A DNA stretch of 64,000 nucleotides from Mobula hypostoma (taxonomy: Eukaryota): assembly GCF_963921235.1 (NCBI RefSeq), contig NC_086097.1, positions 224,070,001-224,134,000 on the forward strand, read 5' to 3'. Made by a program: the position numbers and the translations under genes. This document shows positions 26,850 to 37,350 of this stretch, in pieces (positions within the stretch are counted from its first letter, which is position 1; each line of letters opens with the position of its first letter). The notes beneath the pieces were generated by a model. It made no database searches. It was not told where the DNA came from and saw only the letters and a list, made by a program, of their open reading frames with translations.

Positions 26850-27205
26850 ATGTTGGACACAACACCATCAAGGACATTTTCAAGAGGTGGTGCCTCAAAA
26901 TGGCAGCATCCATCACTAAGGATCTCCATGTCCCGGTACATGTCCCCTTTTCATTAGTGTCACTGGAGAGGAAGGACCCAAGCCTGAAGACCCACACTCA
27001 ATGTTTTAGGAACATCATCCACCCCTCCACAACTGTCAACAGATTTCTGAATGGTCCATGAACCCATGAACGCTACTTCATTATTTTTTGCACAATTTAT
27101 TTTGTAATTCATAGTCATTTTTAAGTCTTTACCCTGTATTACTGCTGCAAAACAACACACTCTACATCATATATGTAGTGATAATAAACCTGGTTCTGAT
27201 TCTCA
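26850..27205 (+). mobile_element. Rex1/Babar-like LINE 3' fragment
   Basis: Similar to 8560-8880; AATAAACCTGGTTCTGATTCT tail. Confidence 0.7.
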
Positions 27206-27231
27206 ACAGCTTGGTAAAGTTTGTTATAGCC

Positions 27232-27573
27232 GGGGGGGGGGGGGCGGTGGTGGTAATGGGGACAAGCTCTCACTACCTATTAAATGCTCCTGATAGTGTG
27301 CGCCTCAAATAGCCTCTGACAACCAAGTCCAGCTCCTGGCCTTCACGTGTGGCTTAGCTACTAAGCCCGGTGGAATCATTTCTACTGACAGAAGAAGGGG
27401 TAAAGGTGGGTTACAGCGCCTTAAAACCAGTCGCTTCCGGCAGATGGGGTTCATCAACCGTGGATGGCAGCTCATCTAGGAGAAGGAAAACTCTGATCTC
27501 AAACCTCCGCTGTCTTGTGGCTATACCCATTTATGGGGAAGGCTTCGGGAATAAACCCAGAGGGAAAAATCCG
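27232..27573 (+). mobile_element. RTE-derived non-autonomous element, 5' part
   Basis: TCTAGGAGAAGGAAAACTCTGA..AAACC RTE 5' UTR-like motif; aligns with 30553-30670. Confidence 0.6.
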
Positions 27574-27693
27574 AACAAGAGAAAGCCTGCAGATGTCGGA
27601 AATCCAAGCAACACATACAAAATGCTGGAGGAACTCAGCAGGCCAGGCAGCATCTATGGAAAAAAGTACAGTTGCCGTTTCAGGCCAAGACCC
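27574..27693 (-). mobile_element. Penelope-like end, truncated in hammerhead stem II
   Basis: Same family as 2312-2451. Confidence 0.75.
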
Positions 27694-27751
27694 AAAACAT
27701 CTCCAATGGTAGTAATGAAAAAAAGCTTGTCCTGGATGATGGGGGTCCTTT

Positions 27752-28935
27752 AGAGTTATAGAACAGTAAAGCACAAAACCAGGCCCTTTGGCCCATCGAG
27801 TCCATGCCGAACCATTTAAACTCCCATTGACCTGCACTCGGACCATAGCCAATAATACCCCCACTATCCATGTGCCTATCAAAACTTCCCTTAAAAGTTG
27901 AAATCGAGATTGCATGCACTGGCAGCTCATTCCACACTCTCACAACCTTATAAGAGAAGAAATTTCCTCTTATGTTCCCCTTAAACGTTTCACCTTTTAC
28001 CCTTAAACCATGATCTCTAGTTGTAATCCCACCCAACCTCAGTGGAAAAAGCCTGCTTGCACTTATCCAATCTATACCCCTCATAATTTTGTATGCCTCT
28101 ATCAAATCTCCCTTGAGCCTTCAACTTTCCAAGGAGTAAAGTCTTAACTATTCAATCTTTCCTTATAGCTCAGGTCTTCCCGTCATGGCAACATCCTTGT
28201 AAAATTTCCCTGTACCCTTTCAACCTTATTTACATCTTTCCTGTAGCAGACATCCCACCCTGCAAAAACTCATTTCAGGCAGGTAGCACCCCCGCGCCCG
28301 CCCCCCCCCCGGGTCGGCCTCCAAGGGCGAATGTAATACTTTGTTTAGTGGTTTTGTCTAATCTGTAAACCAAGTTGGGTATATGCAGAAAATGTGACAT
28401 TAAAATATGTACTGATATTATATTATATTATCATGGAGTCGTTTTTTAAATTCTATTACAATTTTAAGCAAGTCTACAGCGAGTTTGGCCTCATCACGTA
28501 GGACATCAATAGAGTAGCTCCTTAGCAGCTAGCCAGCTAGTTTAAATAACGTTAGCTATGCTAATGAATGAATGACACCTGTTAAACTCACCTCAACATG
28601 CCTTTTACATTTTAACCCACCATGGGCAAAAGCGAGCATCCTGACTGGTCTCTCTTCGTGCTAAGTAGACCGATCAGGATGCTCGCTCTCGCTCTCCCTC
28701 TCAAAAAAATCAGTTTCCAGGATATTGTATATAATCTCCGGGCATCAGGGAGCCACTATCAATATGCAGGAGACCCCGGAACTTCCGGGAGAGGTGGGGT
28801 GTCTGCTGTAGGTAGGTTACCAGAACGGCACACAATACTCCAAATTAGGCCTCGCCAACATCTTATACAACTTCAACATAAAATCCCATCTTCTGCGCCC
28901 AATACTTTGATTTATGAAGGCCAATGTGCTAAAAG
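27752..28935 (-). mobile_element. CR1 3' fragment interrupted by a DNA transposon
   Basis: ORFs 27680-28105 and 28817-29074 carry CR1 RT C-terminal motifs (KLYKMLARPNLEYC; IEAYKIMRG). Confidence 0.85.
28247..28805. mobile_element. Non-autonomous DNA transposon with 6-bp TSD (hAT6-like), copy 1
   Basis: TIR CAGACATCCCACC / GGTGGGGTGTCTG; TSD CTGTAG at 28241-28246 and 28806-28811. Confidence 0.85.
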
Positions 28936-29150
28936 CTAGATTGATGCTGCCTTTTTGAGGCACCGATTTTTGAAGGTGTCCTTGGTGGTGGGGAGGTTTG
29001 CACCAATAATGGAGCTGGCCAAGTCTACAACTCTCTGCAGCCTCTTGCGAGACTGAACAACATTCACCTGGCAAATATCAACTGGAGCCTCCATACCGAG
29101 CAGAGATGCAACCATTTAGTATGCTCTCCACTGTACAGTGATATAAATCT
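28936..29150 (-). mobile_element. Rex1/Babar-like LINE fragment
   Basis: Minus strand YHCTVESILNGCIS and KRLQRVV motifs. Confidence 0.7.
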
Positions 29151-29439
29151 ATAAGAGTGTTAGGTGACCTGCATCAGTATTCTGGGACTTAGATAATTTA
29201 ATTTACCCACAGCAAATAATATTCTTCCATGTAAGATATGACTGCAGCCAGAAAGCAGAGTCTCCTCCCACTGGCTCAAGGTTTACCTGGGCCCTTTGAT
29301 GACAAAGACCGCCTTGTTGTAAATCCATTCATTCTCACCTCACTTTACTTTTAGAAATTAGTTCCATTGCCTGTTCCATAGGATTAATGGTCCTATCAGT
29401 ACTTAAACTGAGCATCGTTGATCCGTTATTGGTTAGTAT

Positions 29440-29830
29440 TGAGTCATATAAAAGTAAGGCACAGAAACAAGCCTTTTGGCCCATCTAGTCCATGCCGAAA
29501 CATTTAAACTGCCTACTCACATTGACCTGGACTGGGACCATAGCCCGCCATACCCCTACCATCCATGTACTTATCCAAACTTCTCTTAATCATTGAAATC
29601 GAAATCGTGCCACTCTCTAACGGTCCACTGAGAGAAGAAATTTCCCCTCATGTTCCCCTTAAACTTTTCATCTGTCATCCTTAACACATGACCTCTAGTT
29701 GTAGTCCCTCCTAATCTCAGTGGAAAAAGCCTGCTTGCATTTACCCCATCTTTACCCCTCATAATTTTGTATACCTCAATCAAATCTCCTCTCAATCTTC
29801 TACATTCCCAGGAATAAAATACTAACCTTG
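29440..29830 (-). mobile_element. CR1 3' fragment
   Basis: ORF RGDLIEVYKIMRG..TRGH. Confidence 0.85.
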
Positions 29831-30552
29831 CTTAATAGCCCAGTCACTAACTTCTTTCATCACTCCAGTAGTGTTTGAGAATACAAAGTTAAGGTGGTAG
29901 CCAGAATAAACTTCGTCTGCTTCTGTGACGAGGGGATAACAGGTCCATTTTCTACTCAGTATTTAAAATTAAACATTTCATTTCGATTTTTCATGTGGGG
30001 GGGATTGCGGTGTTGTGCTTGTGCTGAAACAGTCTGACTACTTCAGGAGCAAAGTTCTTCAATATCACAGCTGAGGGATTGTTGGGCCCCACAGCTTCTG
30101 CTGTATCCAATGCATTCAGCTGTTCCTTGAGGTCACACAGGGTGAATCACATTGACTGAAGGTTGGCATCTGTGTTTGTGTAGCCTTTTGGAGGAGGATA
30201 ACTCATCCAGTTGCTTTGGATTCAGGTCCTGACCTCCATCGTCAACATTTTGGGGATATGTAACAAGTTTCCATTGAATTAGAGGAGAGTGAGAGTGGAT
30301 TTGAGCAAGACATTTAAGATCCCGAACAACACAGTACACAAAAGCTTGTTGAAGAATCCAGAATTATAGGTCATTGTTTAAAACTAGGGGATTGTTCCTT
30401 TAAGAGAGAGCTGAGCCATTTTTTTTTGAATTGTCCTCTGGGTCTTTGGAACTCTCCTCATCAAATGGTAACAGGAGTTTTGTATTTGAGTTTTTTAAAA
30501 CAGAGGTAAACAATTATTTGATAAGCAAGGGGTTAAACAGTTACCTCAGGCA

Positions 30553-30905
30553 GGCGGGGCTCGTCTAGGAGATGGAAAACTCTGATTTTAAACCTCCGCT
30601 GCCTTGCGGCCATACCCATCCATAGAAAAGACTTCGGGAGTAAACCCTGAGGAAGAAATCCGGAGCCGCGGTCTCTAAGGCAGTTTGATGTTCTTTACAG
30701 CTTCACTCTGGCAACCTCTGCGACGACACTGGCGCCAGCGCTTGCCCTTCCCTTGGACTACATCAGTGACGTGGAGAGGGGGAACCTACTGCATGCACAA
30801 TGGCCAGTTCTTCAAAGCTTCGTGCCCAGGCTTGCGGCCTGAAGAGGACATATTCCACCACAGGCGCAAACCCATGATCCTCTGGGATCGATGGCTACCT
30901 ACTAA
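30553..30905 (+). mobile_element. RTE-derived bipartite non-autonomous element
   Basis: 5' half matches 27450-27573; 3' half matches the body and tail of the SINE at 1200-1390. Confidence 0.65.
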
Positions 30906-32065
30906 ACAGTTACCGTGGGTAGAATTGAGGGTACAATCAGATCAGTCACCAATTATGTCCAGCAAACATGTGTACTTGCCCATTTTTCTTATTCTTTCTG
31001 CCACTCAGTTTCCCGGTCACTCAGGTGCATTCAGTATTTTAGGAAAATTCAAGGTAACCAGGTGGAGTTAATATAGAGAAATTGGTTTTGATGCAGTTTT
31101 GAGGGGCTAGTTTTATTTCCTAACATGCATGTTTGTTTGATATTTAAAACAATTGGAATTGTAGGATGTATATGTCAAGATGCAGGATATTTAGATAATG
31201 TTTTCAACTATAAATATGGAATGGAAAAATCTGACATACTGTAAACGTCAAACAAAATAGTCAAAACAGGAAAGAAATTTTTGTAGACATAAAGAGTGTA
31301 CAGTTTTATTTTAATCATTTCCTGTTGACCTTGCACACAGGATAATTTTCACTTTGAGTTAACATAGGAAACTGTCTGTTGTGCACCAGCCAGCCAACGG
31401 TTATGCAAATTAATCCAGCAGAAAATAATATCAGGCAGGGTTTACATTGGAAAATCCACACTGCCAAATTTGCCCGTTTCCTCAAAGTATAAACAATCCC
31501 CGAAGAGTCAAAATCCTGTGCAGTCTTCAAGGAGTGTGAGTGAGGAGGAACCAGCCTTCCTCAATGTCATAAGAAAGTAGGTTGGAAGTAGGAAGAAGCT
31601 GAGAAGAAAGTTTGGAAGGGTCGCTTGAAGCAACCTGAACCTGTGACAAAGGATGTTGGGCTGTTCCAGGTCAGTGGGTCCTGGGACCAGATGTCCATGC
31701 AAGCAGGAGGCATGAGGGCTGGCGAGTCAGCAAGGCTGGAGTTCACAGTCCCATCATTGGCTCATCTAGGGATCAATACTGAAGATCAAAGTCTGAAGGT
31801 CGATCGGGAGTCTGAGACTGGAAGCTTGTCCTGGGATTGGGAGGGGGGGGGCGGGTGCTGTCCATATGTGTGTGTGGGTGGGTGGGAGGGAGGAAAGGGA
31901 CTTGTTTTGCTGTTGTTATTTTGTTGCTTATTGTTTTCTGTTTTGTTGTGTTCAGTGTTGTTCTGTCAAGCATGGCGGACGTGCTATGTTGGAGCTGGAA
32001 CGTGTGGTGACATTTGTGGACTGCCCTCAGCACATCCTTAGGTTGTGTTGGTTGTTAACGCAAAT

Positions 32066-33261
32066 TATTAGATTATGAGAACACTCAGTCCTCGTTTATT
32101 GTCATTTAGAAATGCATGCATGCATTAAGAAATGATACAATGTTCTTCCAGAGTGATATCACAGAAAAACAGGACAAACCAAAGACTAACACTGACAGAA
32201 CCACATAATTACAACATATAGTTACAGCAGTGCAAAGCAATACCATAATTTGATAAAGAACAGACCATGGGCACGGTAAAAAAAAGTCTCAAAGTCCCAA
32301 TTGACTCCCGAGTCCCCGATAGCAGGCGGCAAAGGGAGAAACTCCCTGCCATAGACAACTGCCGATGCATTGGAAGCACCTGACAACAGCCGACACTGAG
32401 TCCGTCCGTCCGAAAACTTCGAGCCTCTGACCAGCCCCTCCGATACAGCCTCCCGAGCGCCATCCTCTGCTGAGCGCCTTCGACCTCGCCCTGGCCACCG
32501 AAACAAGCAAAGCTGAGGATTGGGGGCCTTCTCCTCCAGAGATTCTGGATCACACAGTAGCAGTGGCAGCGAAGCGGGCATTTCAGAAATTTCTCCAGAT
32601 GTTCCTCTGTACTCTCACGTCTGTCTCCATCAAATCAGAATTGTGCATGGTACCTACTCAGACATCCCACCCTGCAAAAACTCATTTCAGGGAGGTAGCA
32701 CCATCAATGTGCGGGAGACTCCCAGAGAGGTGGGATGTCTGCAATAGAGTAGCTCCTTAGCAGCTAGCCAGCTAGTTTAAATAACGAATGACACCTGTTA
32801 AACTCACCTCAACACGTCTTTTACAGTCTTAACCCACCATGAGCAATAGAAAAGTCACTGTTGCAAACAGTACAGTGAGCAACACCGTCATTATTTTGAC
32901 CCCTATTAGGCAGGGGTACACTTCAGTGTAGTCTGGGGTGACGTACATTTTATATTTTTTTTGGAACACTCTGCCATGGTGTGCTTGCGCTCGCGCATTT
33001 TCAAGTGCTCTCGCTTGCTTGCTCTCGCTCTCTCTCATGGTCGCTCTCGCGCTCTTTCTTGCTTTCTCCCGCTCGCTCTCAAAAAAATTGATTCCCGTGA
33101 TATTGTATATAATTTGCGGGCATCAGGGAGCCACTATTAATATGTGGGAGCCTCCCGGAACTTCCGGGAGAGGTGGGATGTCTGCCTACTTGACAAATAA
33201 CAGACATCACCACCGGATTGGCCGCACACACTGCGTTGCGCCGCCATCTTCTCCTCCTCCA
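32066..33261 (-). mobile_element. Young non-autonomous LINE derivative (CpG-rich), hosting a DNA transposon
   Basis: 5' end GGAGGAGGAGAAGATGGCGGCG; 3' end GACAATAAAC...ATAATCTAAT (Rex-like tail); no RT motifs. Confidence 0.65.
32659..33184. mobile_element. Non-autonomous DNA transposon with 6-bp TSD (hAT6-like), copy 2
   Basis: Perfect TIR CAGACATCCCACC / GGTGGGATGTCTG; TSD CCTACT at 32653-32658 and 33185-33190; extra internal TIR at 32729-32741. Confidence 0.88.
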
Positions 33262-34519
33262 GCATTTCACTGGGTGTCTTGATGTACATGTGACAATTAA
33301 ATAGATCTGAATGTGATAGGGAAAGGGAATAAGGAAAGGAGGAACAAAGTGTGGAAACCTTCCTTAAATTATAAGAAAGAAATTAGGGAATGCTAAAACA
33401 AAATTAAAAGAAATGCTGGAAAGATTCAGCAAACCAATAAACCTCTGAAGGTAAATTATATTGACCAGTGGAAAAAGCTTTCAAATCCCAAGGGTCAGAA
33501 AATTGGTAGCATTGCAGAAATTTCTCCCAGTTAAATACAGGGATTTCTGCAATGCAGGATTTTGTCACAATTTTTCTATAATCTCTGAGTCCATTTTCTC
33601 TCCTGATACCTGACTGAACAAAGCAATTTACAAACAGGATTTTTGTGCCATATTTAATCCATATTGTATCTCAGACAAGTGTACCCACATCATAACACTA
33701 ATCAACGTAACCTCTGCTACAGCTTGTCTGAAACCTTTATCTATGTCTTTGCTCGCTTATTTGCAAGGTACACCTCTCTAGTTTCACCTATAGCATTGAG
33801 GAGAAAAAAAATGCACTGCCTGTAACTTAATTTGCACAAATCCCATTCATCCAATCATTCCCTTGCTTGTTGATCCACATTAAATCCTGTTTATGGTTAA
33901 GTTTTATGATTTCTTGCTAATTTTATCATAATAACTGTCCAATAAATATAAACTCCACTCCACCCCTCATTTTAACCACTGCAATCTTGAAAGCTGGGCC
34001 TTCATTGTCTGGGCTCTGGATTTCCTGTCTTCATCCATTTCTCTCACTCCAGCCTTTTCTCCTTTAAAAAAAACTTTTAGAATCTAACTTTAAACCGAAG
34101 TATTGTAATATCTGCCCTCTTTCATGGCAGCATCAATTTTCTAAACTACCTTGTGGCCTGTGAAGTGCTTTGGGCCATACCATACGTAAGGAAGTTGTTT
34201 CAGAACCCATTAGCTCGGCTGGGCTGCATAAAGGTTCAGGTACATTTGTGAACCCTCTGGATCTGATCTGTAGCTTCTGATTTATCACAGAAAATTATCA
34301 GGGTTTGGGGGAGGGGGTAACTGGCAGTCGACAAAACATATGAACTCCGAGAATGCGTCCCTTGGAACTAGAAACTGAATGATTTGCGTATTCTCTAGTT
34401 ATGAAATTTTGGATGAACACCATCGCACCATTGAAACATAGAAAACTAGTCCAATTTTCATTACAGTAATAGCAAATACACCTCCTGACATTCCCATCAA
34501 TGCTTTCAATCTTCTTCTA

Positions 34520-34960
34520 TTTCCGGCTGTTTAGGCGCATCCAGGCGTATTACAGCACGCCGCAGGATGTATAATTAATTATAGAACTTCAAGGAACTCA
34601 AACTTTCATGCTTTCAATTTGCAACCCTTCTACAAATTTGGATAGAAGAGGCCGCCACATTGCACCATGGGAGTTGTAGTTTCTCATCTGAGAGGGCGGC
34701 ATGACGTAAGGTTGTCGGTCGTCGGTCGCTTTCCCAGAATCCACGGAAAAACGGTGCAGGCGCGGCGCAGAGGTTAGCAGGGAAGTAATGGCGAATTTCG
34801 ATCAGGTTGGCACCGAGGAAGTCGGCAGGGATGTGGAGGAGCGGGGCCAGGAGCAGGGCGACGTGTCCCAACCCATCGCTTTAAAATGCGAGAACACTCG
34901 CATCAAACTGGTTCTGTACCACTGGTCGCAGTCTTTTTGTTCACAGAAAGTGAGTTGACG
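34520..34960 (+). promoter_or_regulatory. GDAP1: CpG-rich promoter/first-exon region of GDAP1
   Basis: Local CpG enrichment against a CpG-poor background. ACTACAACTCCCATGGTGC on the minus strand (34662-34680), TGACGTAA (34702-34709), TTCCCAGAATCCAC (34731-34744) and GGAAGT (34781-34786). No obvious TATA box. Confidence 0.8.
34788..34949 (+). CDS. GDAP1: GDAP1 coding exon 1 (54 codons, phase-0 donor)
   Basis: ATG at 34788 in strong Kozak context (GTAATGG), with an in-frame upstream TAA at 34707. Translates MANFDQVGTEEVGRDVEERGQEQGDVSQPIALKCENTRIKLVLYHWSQSFCSQK, matching human GDAP1 KLILYHWTHSFSSQK. Followed by a GTGAGT donor at 34950. Missed by the ORF track. Confidence 0.93.
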
Positions 34961-35314
34961 CGGAGTGAGTGGATGTTGGAAGGGGATGGGAGAGGAGGGT
35001 GTGGCGAGGGTTGGAGGGGAGGACGGGACTTGTGGGGGTAGATGAGCTGGGAAGGGAGGGCGGGGAGTGGGTGTCAATGCTGCTGGGCTTTGGAATAGCT
35101 GGTTGAATGGAGGCTTGAGATGATGCTGGTTGTGATTGTTTTTGTGTTTGGGCCATCTGTGACGATCTTTTCACCGGTCCTCAAGGCTGTACTTATGTAC
35201 TGGACGAATTTCCAATTGGAGGAATTTTAATTTTGGCGAATCACTGCTTTGGTCCCCTTGCTTAAGAAAGAATATTGTATCATAGGAGTTCTTAGGAGAT
35301 TCCTAAATTGAATA

Positions 35315-35940
35315 TGGGCCCAGCAGAGATTGCACTTTCTGAGGAAGCTTAAACAAGCATCACTCCCCACTAACATCTTAACTACATTCTACAGAGGCGT
35401 GGTTGAGAGTGTGCTGACCTTTTGCATCACAACCTGGTACTCCAGCTGCAGTGCTGTCGACAAAAAAGCCTTGCAGAGGGTGGTTAGGGGAGAGAAGGTT
35501 ATTGGGGTCTCCCAACCTTCTGTCCAAGACCTTTTTCAGAGTCGATGCCTCCAGAAGACATGGTACATCATTAAAGACCCCTCACACCCTCTCCATGAAC
35601 TGTTTGTTCTTCTGCCATCAGGCAAACGTTGCAGGAGCATCAAAACTAAAAGCACAAGGCTACTAAACAGCTTCCTCCCACAGGCAGTCAGACTGCTAAA
35701 TAGTTGCTCTACCTGACTCTGCTTTTGGACACTTTTAACTCGCACTGGGCACTTATAACTGATTTTAACTGACATGTGGCTGTTGTGTTTTACTATTTAT
35801 TGTTATGTTTATTAGTGTTGCGTTTGTTATGTTATGATTGCACTGCTCCTGGGAAACGCTGTCTCATTCTGCCCTGCAGAACTGATGTATGGTTAGAATG
35901 ACAATAAAGTTTTTTGAATCTTGAATCTTTAATCTTTGAA
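35315..35940 (+). mobile_element. Rex1/Babar-like LINE 3' end
   Basis: ORF 35330-35716 HFLRKLK..LTTFYRGVVESVLTFCITTWY..KDPSHP..LLPSGKR..NSFLPQAVRLLN; AATAAA plus (TTGAATC)n tail. Confidence 0.9.
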
Positions 35941-36420
35941 TTGACCAGAAAAGCTAAACAAAGTAGGGTCTATATTATTCAGAACAAGTGGTGATCTCAT
36001 TGAAAGACCTTTGATCCCAAAGGGAGGCATGATAGGGTAGATGTCAGGATGTTTTACTAATGGGGGATCTCCAATGTGAGGACATAGTTTTAAGGTAAAG
36101 GATTAGTCATTCGAAAGGATAAGAGATATAGATTTTTTTTTGCAGAGGGATGTGAACCCTTGCAGTTCTGAGAGTTGTAGAGGTTAGATCATTTGAAGTA
36201 TTGGGAGTTGTGGTTCATGTATTCTTATAAAGTCAGGGGATTTAGGGCTACTGAAGCCAGTGGTAAATCAGCACGATCATACTGAATTGTGAGGCAGGCT
36301 TGAAGGGCCAGGTGGTCACTCTGACTTTGTGTACACAGTAAAAATTTTGTACAAGAGCTTAAGAGCCTAAGATCATAGGTCCAGAATTAGCAATTTGGCC
36401 CATCGAGTCCACTGTTTGAT

Positions 36421-37025
36421 CTGAAGCTGGTCTACTTGAACAGATGCTGGTGACCTTTTACCGCTGCACCATAGAGAGCATCTTAACATACTGCATCTCT
36501 GTGTGTGGTATCTCAGTTGTACAGCAGCTGATAGGGAAGCACTTAAGCGGGTCATCTCTAGCGCACAGAAGATCATCGGGACACAGCTCCCAGCCCTGGA
36601 GGACACCTACAGCTCTCGCTGCCTAAGGAAAGCTACAAGCATCTGTAAGGACAATACACACCCATGCAATCATCTGTTTGAACTTCTTCCATCTGGCAGA
36701 CGTTATAAGATTTTCTATGCCCGCACTTCTAGACTTAAAAATAGCTTTTTCCCCAGAGCTATAATTGCTCTGAACCAATCGATCAAGCATCATCCATAAG
36801 TGTGTTATATTGCTACTTTAATACTGGTTTTATGGCTGTCATGCATCTGAGTTGCGTTTTTGTACTGCTGGACATTGCTTGTACTGGCTGGTTACTTGAT
36901 TTTATTTATTTATTTTATTTGTTGTTTTATGGCATTGAATACGAGAGTTGCAAACTCATTTTCGCTGTATTAGTGCATGACAAATTGTACTATGCAATGA
37001 TAATAAAGATATTTCATTTCATTTC
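36421..37025 (+). mobile_element. Rex1/Babar-like LINE 3' end
   Basis: LVTFYRCTIESILTYCISV, LLPSGRRY and RLKNSFFPRAI; (ATTTC)n tail. Confidence 0.9.
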
Positions 37026-37069
37026 ATCATAGCCAATTTATTTTTCCCCTCAAACCCATTCTCCTCCAA

Positions 37070-37350
37070 GAGGACCACAGCCTTGTTGTGGGGTTTGGAA
37101 GCTTGCATGCCTCAATGACCCGGAGAGCTATGTGAGCTGGAGTCAGAGCCTTGTGCTTTGACTCTTGGTAGGGTCACCCATGCCAATCAGGTCAAAGGGT
37201 AGCGACCAGACTAAGAGTGGTCCACTGGTCCTCCAGGTTTGGGAGTTCAGCTCAGGGCTAACAACTCTGACTGGTAAAACAAAATTGTATGGAAACAACA
37301 GAAACTCCCCTAAACTCCAGTGGTGTAACTGGCAGTAACTAACTAACTAC
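37070..37350 (+). mobile_element. RTE (Expander/Rex3-like) 5' UTR-derived element
   Basis: CCTTGTTGTGG..CTCAATGACCC.GAGAGCTATG..GGTAGGGTCACCCATG..CCAGACTAAGAG motifs; (TAAC)n tail. Confidence 0.6.

Larger units (their letters stand above)
31968..33310 (+). mobile_element. SINE/LINE 3' end (V-SINE-type tail) split by a nested insertion
   Basis: 31968-32065 joined to 33262-33310 reconstitutes the tail seen intact at 49855-49980. Confidence 0.65.

Noticed and set aside
1..34500. JPH1 or other host exons upstream
   Set aside because: No MORN-repeat or other recognisable host peptide; the ORFs are TE-derived or low-complexity. Small exons could have been missed.
34667..34777. 36-codon upstream ORF before GDAP1 with good Kozak context
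   Set aside because: Its ATG lies inside the ZNF143-type motif, probably upstream of the TSS; no evidence it is transcribed.
35330..35716. ALKBH8-like or host protein (DUF1891-type annotation)
   Set aside because: The motif is the C-terminus of a Rex1/Babar-like ORF2, repeated in many decayed copies here.
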